Program-made: the position numbers and the translations under genes
Notes under the pieces: model-generated
What the model saw: only the letters and a program-made list of their open reading frames with translations
Told to the model about the DNA's origin: nothing
Databases searched by the model: none
Shown here: positions 36,540 to 49,024 of the stretch, piece by piece
Position numbering within the stretch: position 1 is the first letter of the stretch
How the letters are laid out: every line of letters starts with the position of its first letter
NCBI RefSeq assembly: GCF_026210795.1
Contig: NC_089434.1
Coordinates: 4,216,001 to 4,280,000, forward strand
DNA length: 64,000 nt
Direction of reading: 5' to 3'
DNA from: Rhizophagus irregularis
Taxonomy: Eukaryota

Positions 36540-37470
36540 GTTGAAAGAAAATATTTTATGCTAATGTATATTGCGAGATCTTTTAAAACCTACATTAACG
36601 GATATCCAATGGATATACGGAAAAAGTGTACATAAAAATTTAGTTGATTTTCAAATAGTACTCATATACAACATTTTTCTTACTAAGACAAATATTAATA
36701 AACAAAATTAGTGACTTTATACTAGTTTTATACTCGATTCCTCGATTTTTGGTACAAGAACGAACAATAAAAATTTTTCATAAAATAATTAAGTCATATT
36801 TTAAAAAAAAAATTCTTTATTTTTTTTTTAAATTGTAACGAAAAATTCTTTATTGTTTTGTTTTTTTCCTTAAAAGTAACGAAAAAATTCTTTATTGTAA
36901 ACTTAATTTCTCGGTTACTCAATTTTAACTCACGTGATTAAGAATTCATTTGGATCGATTTTGCGTAAATTTTGTAATCTTCCGTACGACTTAAAAATTT
37001 CAGCCAAATAATTTTCATTATTTTATTTACATACTAGTTTACATATTTATTATTTTATGCATCACCCGCACAAAATAAAAATTCCTCTTTTGGATGTGAA
37101 AAATTTTTTTTCATTATATACAATTCTTTAAAAAGAAGTTGATAGAAAGTATTTTATATAATGGTTGAATAAAGTATATTGTTAAATTTATGCGAACCTA
37201 CGCCAACGGAATTATCGGAAAAAAACGACATAAAAATTTAGTTAGCCTCGAATACTACCCATAAATAATATTTTTCTTTTTTTTTTTGACAAATAATAAT
37301 AAACAAAATTAGTGACTTGTACCAAAATCGAGAAATACAACGAGTATAATTTATTTTATACAACTATTAATGTTTTTTTTAAAATTTTTTCATAAAATAA
37401 ATTATTTTCCCTTTACTCAATTTTAATTTACCTGATTAAGAATTCAGACTGCTGTTTACGTAAATTTTGT
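36540..37470 (+). repeat. Diverged direct duplication upstream of the kinase (~36540-36970 and ~37138-37470)
   Basis: Shared blocks acataaaaatttagtt, taataaacaaaattagtgactt, ttactcaattttaa..tgattaagaattca and cgtaaattttgt. Confidence 0.8.
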
Positions 37471-37558
37471 GAAACTCATCACTCCGGAATTTAATAGTCC
37501 TTTTTTCCATTTATCATATCATGTTTAAAATTGTATTTTAAATTTTATCAACAGTATT

Positions 37559-39671
37559 ATGGCTACTATTCGACATGAAATAGTTTTTGCTGCATTTCAT
37601 AGAGCAAATGCATTAGTAGACCCTAATATTCAAAATAATTTAGAAAAACGACATGTATTTAGAATACAAACAGTTCTTGCTGACAAATCTCTTACCAAGG
37701 ATGAAAAATCATATGCAGTAAAAGAATTAAATAAAAATTTTGATTCTCTTAAAATTATTTATAATGAAGGAACAAAAAGAATTTGTGAAAATTGTCATGA
37801 TGAATGTTTAGCTACATTATATTGTGAACATTGTATTCGAAATTATTTAAAAGAAAATTTTTCAAACTGGACATCTGGAAATAATGATATTGATAATTTA
37901 ATACAACAATGTCAAATAAAAGCACTTAAACCAGATATGATAGTAGAATGGATTCCTTATAATAAATTACAAGATATTAAATACTTAACTAAAGGTGGAT
38001 GTTCTGAAATTTATACAGCAGTTTGGATTGATGGAAGTTATTTTGAATGGGATTTTAAAAAAAAACAATTAAAAAGATTTGAATGGCAAGAAGTAATACT
38101 CAAAAGATTAGAAAATGTTGAAAGTGCCAATAAAAGTTGGTTTGAGGAGGTATATACAAGTAATTAAAAATATTTGAAATTTTTTTTAAAATTTAATTGC
38201 AATTTTTTTAATTTTTGTAGGGTATATCTCATCTACACATAAGTAGCAAAACTACCCTCATAGTGCAATGTTATGGTTTAACTCAAAATCCATTTAATGG
38301 AAATTATATGATTGTAATGAATCGTATGAATGAAAATCTAAGAGAATATTTGCAACAAAATCACAATAAACTTACATGGAAAGAAAGAATTCAAATTATT
38401 GATAGTATAATTAGCGCAGTTTATGATATTCACGGAGAGAGTTCAATCCACAGAGATTTACATTCTGGAAATATATTATTTTATCAAAATGATCAAAGAT
38501 TTTACATCAGTGATCTTGGATTTTGTGGACCAGCTAATAAACCATTAGATAGTATATATGGAAATCTTCCATACATAGCACCTGAGGTCATTGTTAATAA
38601 GAAATATACTTTTGCATCTGATATTTATAGTATTGGCATACTTATGTGGGAAATCTCATCCGGACAACCACCTTTTATTAATAAACATGATTATGATCTT
38701 GCAATAAGAATAATAAATGGAATGAGACCAAAAACAATACCCGACACTCCTTTAGAATATAAAGAATTAATGGAACAATGTTGGGATGCTAATCCTACGA
38801 AAAGACCTGATATGTCCACTCTTTTTAATAAAATTTCAGATCTTCTTAGATTATATCTTCAAAATGAAAATGAACAAAGAATAATTAGTAAAGTTACGAG
38901 TATTAATAATCCTCAATTAGATACAAGATTTAATGTAAATTCTAGTTCTACTAATAGTTCCTTTTTTGAAAATTTTAGTGCAAGTTCTAGTAATTGGAAT
39001 ATTAGTAGTAAAGTTTATAATTTTGAAAATTTACCTGAACCAAAAAATGCAACAAAAGGTAAGAATTTTTTATTGTACAGTTTTACTTTTTACAATATAA
39101 TATTAATTATTCATTTTATTTAATAGAAGAACAAGATGGTAATTATTAAAATATATTTAACTTATTAATATTGTTATTAATTTTACTATGTTAACTTTAT
39201 TTTTATAGCTTATCATAGTATACAATTTAATTTTGATTTACAAGATGGTTTGATTATTGGTAAGATTAGCAATTAATATATTTTTGTTAAAATTTTCGAT
39301 CTATAATTCTAATTTATATCCGTTTATTTTTATAAATAAAGTAGAAGAGCAATCTAATAAAAGAAGTTATTTTGATGGTAATAGATAGTTTTTTTATAAT
39401 AATTTATACAATGCTGTAAATCAAATAATCAATTTTCTTATTTATTACTATAAAATAGATGATGAAAAAGATTTCGCTTATAACTCTAATAAAAAAGTCA
39501 ATTCAAATAATAATGAAGGTAATTATTACTGAAATTTTCATATTTTATTTTTATTATTATTAATATAATTAATATTAAATTTTAGAAATACAATATCATG
39601 AAATTGGATACCAATATACGCAAATAAATTATGCTACGAGTAAGATGGATCTTAACTATTTATTAAATTAG
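37559..39671 (+). CDS. Tyrosine-kinase-like protein kinase, predicted 7 exons, ~556 aa
   Basis: Exons 37559-38149, 38221-39058, 39127-39138, 39209-39259, 39345-39377, 39459-39518 and 39586-39671. All introns are GT-AG and the frame stays open to TAG. Motifs: CENC..CEHC, NWTSGN, KGGCSEIY, VILKRL, HRDLHSGNIL, SDLG, YIAPE, SDIYSIG, CWDANPTKRP. The 3' micro-exons are less certain than exons 1-2. Confidence 0.9.
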
Positions 39672-42419
39672 AGCGTTATCATTATTATTTTTGTATTATT
39701 GTATTTAGAATTATTTAAACACTAAGACTAGAGTAGCAATATTTGCAAATTTTCTTAGTTTGTAATTTAAATAGTTCATTTTATTTATTTTTGACTAGTA
39801 TACAATATATAGAATATGAATAAATTTATAATTTGAGCAGTATTATACTAATATATAGATTTTTGCCATATTATTGAAATTAATCTGATTTTATTATAAT
39901 ATGATCAAAACCAATTACTGTATATACCAATATACTGATATTTTAGTTAACTAATGTCCAAATCTTAAATTACACGAAAAATTACCAAATACTTGCAGCG
40001 TTAAATGATTATGGTTTATTTACCATACGAATATTTAGTTCAAAGGAAATTTTAATTGGATATAAAGCATTATAGAGTATTGTAGATTATGTAATGCAAT
40101 AACAATTTCTGTCTATAAAAGTATAATACTATTTACAGTCTTGTAATAATCTACGTATATTAATTTGCAAGTTAGATGTTAGATGATATAATAGAATTTC
40201 ATTATTTCTAATATTAACTTATTTAAGTTTAGTTTATAATTCAGTCCAAATATTAATAATTCATTAATTTCTATAATAAAATATTTATTGAGAATATAAT
40301 TATCGACAAGTAGTATTTTTATGCATTAAAATTGTATTAAAAATTTGAAGATGTTGTAAATATAAATATAAATGAATATAAGAAATACGTTTGAAAGAGT
40401 TACAATAATTTAAAAAAATAAATAAATAAATATAAAAAGTCTGCGCCCGCGTATTTCATTAACTATTGTCTGTTAACAAACTATTTATTTTATTATTATT
40501 AGTGTTAAATTATCAGAGCAAATTAATTATTGTCTGGAATATGAATACTTATAGATTTTTAGTGATTATCAGATTTTTTGTTATTGGTCAAAATTACAGA
40601 AAAAATAGCATTTAATATTATAATTAACCTTTTTATACAATTTTTAAGAATAAAAACTCGATAGACTTAGTTTCCGCAGAAAATAAATTATAAACTATCT
40701 ATAATTGAAGAATTCAAATAAATCAATTATTACTAATAACTTACAGAAATCTTAAAATTTTAAATGATATCATTTTAATGTTATTTTAACATTAATATAA
40801 TATTGCTATAATTCGGATATTTATGATTCAGTTCTTATTTAAAAAAAATTATGAAATAGACTCTATTAAAATAATTACTAAATGGATCCTATTAAATTGA
40901 CACACTCTATTATAAAAATAATATCAAATGTACTTTTAAAAATTATCAAATTCACAAGTATTGTGCGTAAAATTAATATGGTATTAGTAGGTTCAGGTCT
41001 TAGTAAACTTATAATAGTACTGATAATAAAAGACTATCCTAACAACTTATACTGTATGTCCTAAACAATTAAAGTATTATTTATTATATAAATTTCTCAG
41101 AAAAATTTAATAAATTACACTATTTTCATACAGTATAATAGGAATAGTAAAATATTAATAAAGGTAATAAACCTATTCAGAAAAGGACAAACATATTCAC
41201 CTTTCATTAAACTGTTATAAAAGTAATTTTATGTTTTAAAGCTGTAAAGCGTTCCATAATATATTTTAGTGCCAATAAGATATTTTTGTTAATAAAAATG
41301 AGAAATATTTTTAATCAATATGTTTTTAAATCTTATTTAAAGTTAATTAATGCTTTAAATTAATAGTATCATCACTTTATTAAAAGCCTATTTAAGGATT
41401 AATAAATTTAATGTCTAATTAAAAAGTAAAGTATATGATTCAAATATGCATTATAATTAAATTACAGTATCTGGTACTAACTTTCATTTTATCACGTTAT
41501 TATTACTATTTCAACAATATTAAAATTCCAAGTTGTTAGTCACTACCAAGTTCTTTTATGTGAATTTGATCCTGATGGATGAATTAAAAAATTAATAATT
41601 TTAATATAACAATGAATATTTTATTCCATATTTTAATTACAAACAAACTATTAATTTTATTACACTCTATATTTTAGTTTTAAAATTAATATAATGATTA
41701 ATAAATATAATATAGTTCATATAAGTTAAACAATAAGGTATTACAATTTAGAATATTGTCCCTATTTATACAAAACGTAGAACATGTGATAACAGATATA
41801 TTACGTCTGTAATTATTTTGTTTTCATTAGCAAAGTTTGTATTTAGTAACACTATATATGAAACACATTTATTATATATGTTGCTGTCATTTGAATAATA
41901 AAGAAACTAATATATTAATATAGTTCTAAAATTAAAAACAATAAAATTCAATGAAATTACTTATTTCGTTATTCTAATACAGTTGCCCTCTCTATAGTGA
42001 ATTTTTATATACTGTAGAGTATGGAACTTCTTACAAAGAATGATTATCAATAACAAGTGTCCATCATTCATGGGGAGCTGTGAAATTTATAATAAAAAAT
42101 AGTATTCTGTTTACTTTTGTTTTCAAAATACAGTAGTTGGAACTGTTCTGTCAGTCATTTTATAAATAAAATGGTGGCTATAAGTCATACAAGTTGTGTT
42201 AATTTAGCTTTCAATTTTAGATTTGACATGAACTTTGCAACTTAAAGCATTTAAGTTTATACTTTGGTGTATATATTATTATGAAAAATTTTTGGTTTCA
42301 AAATGATTACGAGCAATTATAAGCAATTTATACATTTTGGAATTAAAGTTAGAAAGGTGACGTTAACATCTTATTTTCTCAAGTCACGTGATTTAACATA
42401 AAAATTTTCGAGAAAGTCA

Positions 42420-42710
42420 AAGTTCCTGGTAATGTGATATTGGATTATTAGATAGTACTGATAGCAGGGGTCGAGTTTAGTCTTGGGCCTCTCCTGTTGT
42501 TTAACATGCGTAAAGTATATAAAATGCAACTATTCCAGGATTAGATTACTAGGATTTTCTTATATAGCTTGTAGCTGCTGTTTTGGTTTTTGATGTTGTT
42601 GTATTTAGATAGATGCCTTACTGATATGATGTATTTTTTTACGTCTATGTTGCAGTCATTTGCTTTGGCAATTTTTGCAATACTAATAAAGATTAAATTT
42701 TCAAAAAAAA
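42420..42710 (+). mobile_element. Possible 3' end of a non-LTR element with poly(A)
   Basis: T-rich UTR-like tract, aataaa at ~42685, then an A-run at ~42702-42711. Confidence 0.3.
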
Positions 42711-42711
42711 A

Positions 42712-42985
42712 TGTTTTTTCATATTATTTTATGAAAAAAAAAATGTCATGATTTCAGCATCTTTTCATATTACTTTATGAGAAAAGATGCCGTTTTTTTC
42801 TATTTTTTTTTATGAAAAAAATGCCTTAAATAGCTTTTTTTCATACTTTCATATTATTTTATGAAAGCAATGCCATTTTGGCATTTCTTTTTCATATAGA
42901 CTTATGAAAAAAATGCCAATTCAGCGTTTTCATATTATTTTATGAAAAAAATACCATTTCGGCATATTTTTAACATGAAAAAAAC
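42712..42985. repeat. Array of ~7 palindromic ~40-bp units (ttttcata-ttatt-tatgaaaa-atgcc)
   Basis: Repeated tttcatattattttatgaaaaaa, linked by atgcc/ggcat. Confidence 0.8.
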
Positions 42986-43330
42986 TAACTTAGGAAAAAT
43001 ATTTGAACAATTAAATGTATTAGAATCTGTTCATTTCATTATGATTATTCTTCTTTTGATACTCATTTTACTCGATAAATTATTAATTTAACTAAACCAT
43101 TTGAATTAAAATCTTTATTCAAAAAATCTGGTGATTATTTAAAGAATTTCAGATATGGATTTGGTTATAATAATCTATTATTAAATCAACAATTACTTCA
43201 ATTAATTAATTATAAAATATTGTAAAAATATCAATTTTTTTTTGATTTTTATGAATTTGAAAATCAAACTATTTATCCAGCGTTCAATTTAATTGAAAAA
43301 ATCTTTAATCATCTCGTTGATCAATTTTCC
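42985..43330 (+). pseudogene. Internal fragment of an F-box/LRR gene of the 24153 family
   Basis: IFEQLNVLESVH..IINLTKPFELKSLF-KKSGDYLKNF parallels AFEQLSVLESIH..IIDLNKPFKLRSLF...QKFGDYLENI of the 574-aa protein. Confidence 0.8.
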
Positions 43331-46300
43331 TACATGTTATATTGATTTTTTTAAAAAAATAATAATTTTATAATTTTATTTAATATAATATTTTATTTCT
43401 TTATTTAATAACGATAATAAAAAAATTGAAAGAAAAAGAAAAAAAATTAAAAAAATTTGGGGGAAAGAAAAAGGATAAAGAAAGAAATCGGTTTAAAAAA
43501 AGGGAAAAAAAAAGAATCCGAAAAAAAAATAAGTACCGAAAAAAATTCTGAAAAAAAGGACAACAATTCGGTCCAAAAAGAGTGAAAAAAAAAAAATTTT
43601 TTAAAAAAAATAACAATCCGGTCTAAAAAAAAGATCGAAAGAAATAATATAAAAAAAAATCAGTCTTAAAAGACCGAAACAATAGGATTATTAAAAAAAA
43701 TTAAACCTAAACGGGAAAAGAAAAGAGAAAAAACAAATTTCCGGTTTGAAAAAAAACTAAACCGAAAGAAAAAAAGGAAGAAAAAATTTTTTTCGGTTTG
43801 AAAAAAAAAATGAAAAAAAGGAACCAAAAAAGCCAATTTTTATTATATTATTAAAAATTTCGTATTTTTTTTTTGTTAAATAATAATAAAATTAAAACTG
43901 AAAAAAAATTATAATAACAATTGATAGTTGAAATTCCTTCCTTTATAATTTCACACCTGGTTTTAAATATGATCGCAAATCCCGCGAACATAAAAAATTT
44001 CACCTTTTTGTGAATCAAAAAAATTCGAACAAGCCTGGTGCGATCAATGGTAAATTCACTAACCTCATTGAACAAATTTGTGACGTAGCCACCTAAATCA
44101 CGCCATTTGCTGCGCTTCCTTCATAATAAAAAATAGTGTCTTTAAATATGACAGATAAAAATTTGGTTGATATTACATTATCAGATAAAAATAACAAAAA
44201 TTATTTAATTGTTCATATATTTTATTATTTATAATTTTGAATTAAAAAAAATTTTTAAATAAAATGATTTAAGGAGAGCAAGAAGCACTTCTTTTATAAG
44301 TAATACAGTATTATTACTATTATTAATCATATAATTCGTAAGTTTAAGATTCAAAACATAACAAGAAGGATATCTTCAAAGTATCGCTGGAAAATTTTAT
44401 TTAATCTGAATTAACGACTTGAAAAATAATTTATAATATTAAAAATATAACTTTATTGAAATTAAAGTTATTTCATATAACTGATATTTATTTTATTTTA
44501 TTTTTTTATAAAGACATCAGATTCATCAAGCTCAACAGGAATTAGCTTAGGAGGAAAGAGAACTAACTCTATTTTGACTAGGAATGCAAACCGATTAACA
44601 TCACATGTACGTGGCTAAACTGGTGAAAGTTCAGGAAAAAACGTTCGGTATATCTGTAAATATGTCACGTGAATAAGAATATTAATTTTGGTCAGAATTA
44701 AGATTCTAATAATCACATAAATTCCAAACACGTGATTATATCAAAGAATTTTTTTTATTATAGGTATACCATGGGGCGAGCTAATTCAATCGAATGTTTC
44801 GGTGTAGCTTTTACATGCGCATTTGTGCCTTTGTTATTATCTCCGTTTACAATTTAGACTTCCTTTCTAAAATTAAAATAAAATAAATAAAATAAACGCT
44901 ATATCAAGTTTTATATGAAATCCGGTATAATACTATGAAATCGGTTTTTTAAAAAAACGTTCAGTCAGAAATCAGAATTCGATGCGTTTTAAGTACTGTA
45001 CATTTTTTTTTGATCATATTCATTTTATTGATATAATTTATATAATTTGAATATTGTAACTCTCCTCTTTATGATAATTTTCTTATCTGATCTCCCAATT
45101 CCTTTCATTTACCCTAATCTTCTTCTAATCCCTTATCTAATAACTTCCTTACTTTATCCTAATTATTTTGCCTTAACCCATTAGAAATAGATTATACTTT
45201 TACGCATAAAATTTCATGTGCGTGACAGAACGTTGGTGAATGACAAATAAATACATTATTATTTAATGAATTTGTTCTTTATTACATAGTATGAGGTTGA
45301 AGGATCGCAAGAGAACATTTGTGCAGAGTTTAGAATAAGAGAGTTTAGGATAAGTTAAGTTCATTAGAAATAGACCAAGTTATTATTGTTTCTCTAATCC
45401 AAAATAAAAAAACAAAGTAATTAAAATTTTTTTTTATTTACATCATAAGTAATTCACGTTGATTTAGAATATTTCTCTTAAAAAAAAATGAAATTCCAAA
45501 CCTTTTATTTTGATCACGGGAAACAAACTAGACATAAATTTAGATCACGTGAAGGCGCAACACCGTTCTTATCATGACGTAGTAACTCATTGTTCTGCGC
45601 CTTTTCTGTCTTTGTCACCGTATTAGTAATTATTCATTATTTCAATACCCAATATTGGTGACGTTGTGATAATGTTGTGATGATATTCTATAAATATGTG
45701 AATATAATTTATATACTGAATAATTTATAATAAAACCTGATTCTTTTTTTTTATGACTTGATTAAAATACTTCATTTGAGCGGATGAAAAGATTTTATAA
45801 AATGGAAATACAATAAATCTAAAAAAGGCTTTTTTTCCCTAGCGAAGATCCTTTTTGATTATGCACAATTTGTGATCATGAGAATTGTTTAATAATATGC
45901 GTAATACTTTATTATCAATAATAACCTTAATTATATTAAGTTATTATTTCAAAAATTAGGATAATTTATTTTTAATTTTCTATAAACGGATTTTATTGTG
46001 TTAACAAAGAATGTAAATAATTCAATCAACATTCTGCACAGAATCGCGGAGACTCCGAAATCAAGCAAAGCCTCCTTCAAATTGGTATTCTATTAACGAA
46101 TAAAATTTGTAAACCAGCATGTATATGCCCGAACTCCGACTTTCAATACGTCATATTGATAACTTTAAAATATTCTTTAAAATTTCACTTTAGGTTTAAT
46201 CGAATATAAGAATCTTTTTTTTTTTCTTTTGACATTTATTTTCCCTTTATCTTGAAAATCTATTCTTTTTAAATTTGATTTTTTTCTAATAATATCTTCG

Positions 46301-46684
46301 TATTTTTTTATTTTTTTAAAAAATAGATTCTTCAAATGTTTGTCATTTTTAGATATTAAATTTTAAAATATAATATTAACATTACGACATTATAATAAAA
46401 ATAGGTCTAAGCCCGATTTAGAATAAATAGTATCGATCATAATGGTGATATGCAAGATATGCACAAATGTGCATGATTAAAAAGTATAAAATTATATAAA
46501 AAGGGTTAGTTACATCAGCTGCGTCAACATTTATATATGTTTTACAGTATATCGTGAAACATTTTCTCCTGCAGGAGATAGGGAAACTTAAAATATTTTC
46601 ACACGGAAACCTATTGTAACATAGATAATAATTATTTTTATGAAGTAACAATACATTAAAATATATTGTTATTTTATTTTTTGT

Positions 46685-46903
46685 ATTTAACATATAAATT
46701 GTTCTACGTTTTAGAAATACGTTTACCAATAAAAAAAAAATCTAAAAAAAAAAATATATATTGTTTTATTTAAAATATGATTTTATTTTTTGTGTTTAAC
46801 ATATTTAACATATAAATTGTTCTTCTACATTTTACTAATAAAGAAATACGTTTACCAATAAAAAAAAAAATTTTAAAAAAAATATATTGTTATTTAAAAT
46901 ATG
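46685..46903. repeat. Direct tandem duplication, ~100-120 bp x2
   Basis: tatttaacatataaattgttct and agaaatacgtttaccaataaaaaaaaaa each occur twice. Confidence 0.85.
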
Positions 46904-48324
46904 AACATTACATTTAGAGAAATAAATATAATTTGATTGTCTGTCAACTTTATTTAGAAAAATTTTTTTTTTTTTTTGACCTAAATGAAATACTGTATTA
47001 AAAAAAATTAATCAATGTGACGAATTTGAATAACCCAATTTTTGAAAAAAAATTTTTTATATCAAAAATATATGAACCAATACTTTAATATAACAAAGTA
47101 CATAAATAAAGAATACAAATTTTACTAGCTATTAGGAAAAAAATGAATTTAATACTTGCTTTTATGTTCTCATATTAAAAGAAGAATTAATACCCCAAAA
47201 TTCATATAAATGATATATAGTCCGCTCACTGATTTCTATATGTCACATATGTCACATTAATAAGGGATTGCACAAAAAAGCGATTTACGATGAATAGCAT
47301 ATAGTAATACAAGATATTAATACTTCTATTCAATCTGTCTGTCCGGCACGTGGCGATGTACAACAATAAACTTGATATCGGCATAGTTTAATAAAATTTG
47401 AAAATCACGAATCACATGCAATGTCTCACATTTATTATAATTGTACATAGCCGGCCAAAGGATCTGCGAAATTATGAAATTATGAAATTAAGTCATGAGC
47501 TCTCTGGCCGGAATTTCCTTTTTGGTTTTTGAACGAAGAATGGTAAAGAGGTTCTATTTGTTTGTCCAAACTTCTAAAAAGAATTCGAATACATATTGCA
47601 TGTAACTTATATAGGCAATAAATTTCTGTAAAAGGATAACAAAATAGCTATTAATAAAACTATTTTTGCTTCGTTATTATAAAAAATATGATATTTATTT
47701 TATATTTTTTTTTGATCAAATGATGAAATATTTAATTTTGATGGCGTAAATATATATGTATACATGCAAATAATTTTGTTGCATAAATTTCCATTTTTTA
47801 CAATGAACTACTACAAACAAAAGACGTCACAAAAGACATCATGAGAACTTTATTTTATAATTTATTTGCTTGTATTAATAATTTTTGAAAGAATATGTTG
47901 CATTTTTAGGAATTTTAATGAATGTTGACGTTTCAGAATTAACCATTTATTATCTTTTTTTAGATATGGTTTTTTTTTTTGAAAAAGCTTAATCTAAATG
48001 AAGTATTTTATCAAAGAGAAATGGCAATGCGAACAAATTTAGTTAATTATTTCTATTTTTCTTTCTTTTTTCTTATCAACAAAGGTGTATACATATATAT
48101 ATTTTATTTTTAAAAAAAAAATATTACTTTTGTTATTGTACTATTAAAGTTTTTTTATCAAAAAAGGGTATGTTCATATATAGAAAATATTAAAGTTTTA
48201 TGAAAATCAACATTAAAGTATGAGTCATCTGCCGAAATTCTTTGTCAAAATGATCTATGTGACGCACAAGCATCACCTGATTCATTAACACAAACATTTT
48301 ACTTTAATATCAATTTTATAGATT

Positions 48325-48462
48325 ATATTTCACATTTACTAAATCACAAAATTTTTATTTTATTTCACATTTTACTAAATCACAAAATTTTTATTTTATT
48401 TCACAGTTACTAAATCACAAAATTATTATTTCACATTTTACTAAATCACAAAATTATTATTT
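48325..48462. repeat. Minisatellite, ~31-37 bp x4
   Basis: tatttcacattttactaaatcacaaaatt is repeated. Confidence 0.9.
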
Positions 48463-48680
48463 GTAAAACACAATTGTTATTTAATAAATATTACTCCATT
48501 TTTCAAACAAAAATCAATAAAATAAAGTTAGGAAGATAGCCAACCGAAGCGTATTTCTCGAATCATGATTTATTATTAACGATGAAATTTTCAATTGTTA
48601 AAAAATCATAAGTGCGCGTAATGATTATTCTAATTGTTGTACGACGGTAATTATTTATATTACGGAACGTTATTCCAATC

Positions 48681-48836
48681 TATAATGGTGTAGTTAGCCG
48701 AAAAATAATTAGCCGCAACGTGATCCGGACCCGGCTCAGGCGTAGATCGTCGTGGAATTCCAGGGGATTTTCTGCGATTAAACCGGGTCTGGATGATCGG
48801 CGATCAGGAATTCGGCTCCGTTTTTACACCATTATA
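48681..48836. mobile_element. 156-bp GC-rich fold-back element (MITE or structured RNA)
   Basis: Perfect 12-bp TIR tataatggtgta / tacaccattata, flanked by atc/atc. Nested stems agccgaa/ttcggct, atccggacccgg/ccgggtctggat and cgtaga/tctgcg. Confidence 0.75.
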
Positions 48837-49024
48837 ATCAAAAATATCTGTTATGGAATTTTGTAAAATCCACCTATATCAAATTTCTTAATTTTCATCG
48901 TTCTATTACAGTCTATATAATAAAAGACTTAAAAAAGATACTCTAAATTGTAATGTATATATATCCACTAAGCATACTAACTTATGATGTAATATCTAAC
49001 AGTACGTTACTTTCTTTTATCTAG

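Noticed and set aside
45179..45375. 13-bp direct repeat cattagaaataga as a possible TSD
   Set aside because: The intervening sequence has no poly(A) tail or clear termini, and an AT-rich match of this length may be chance.
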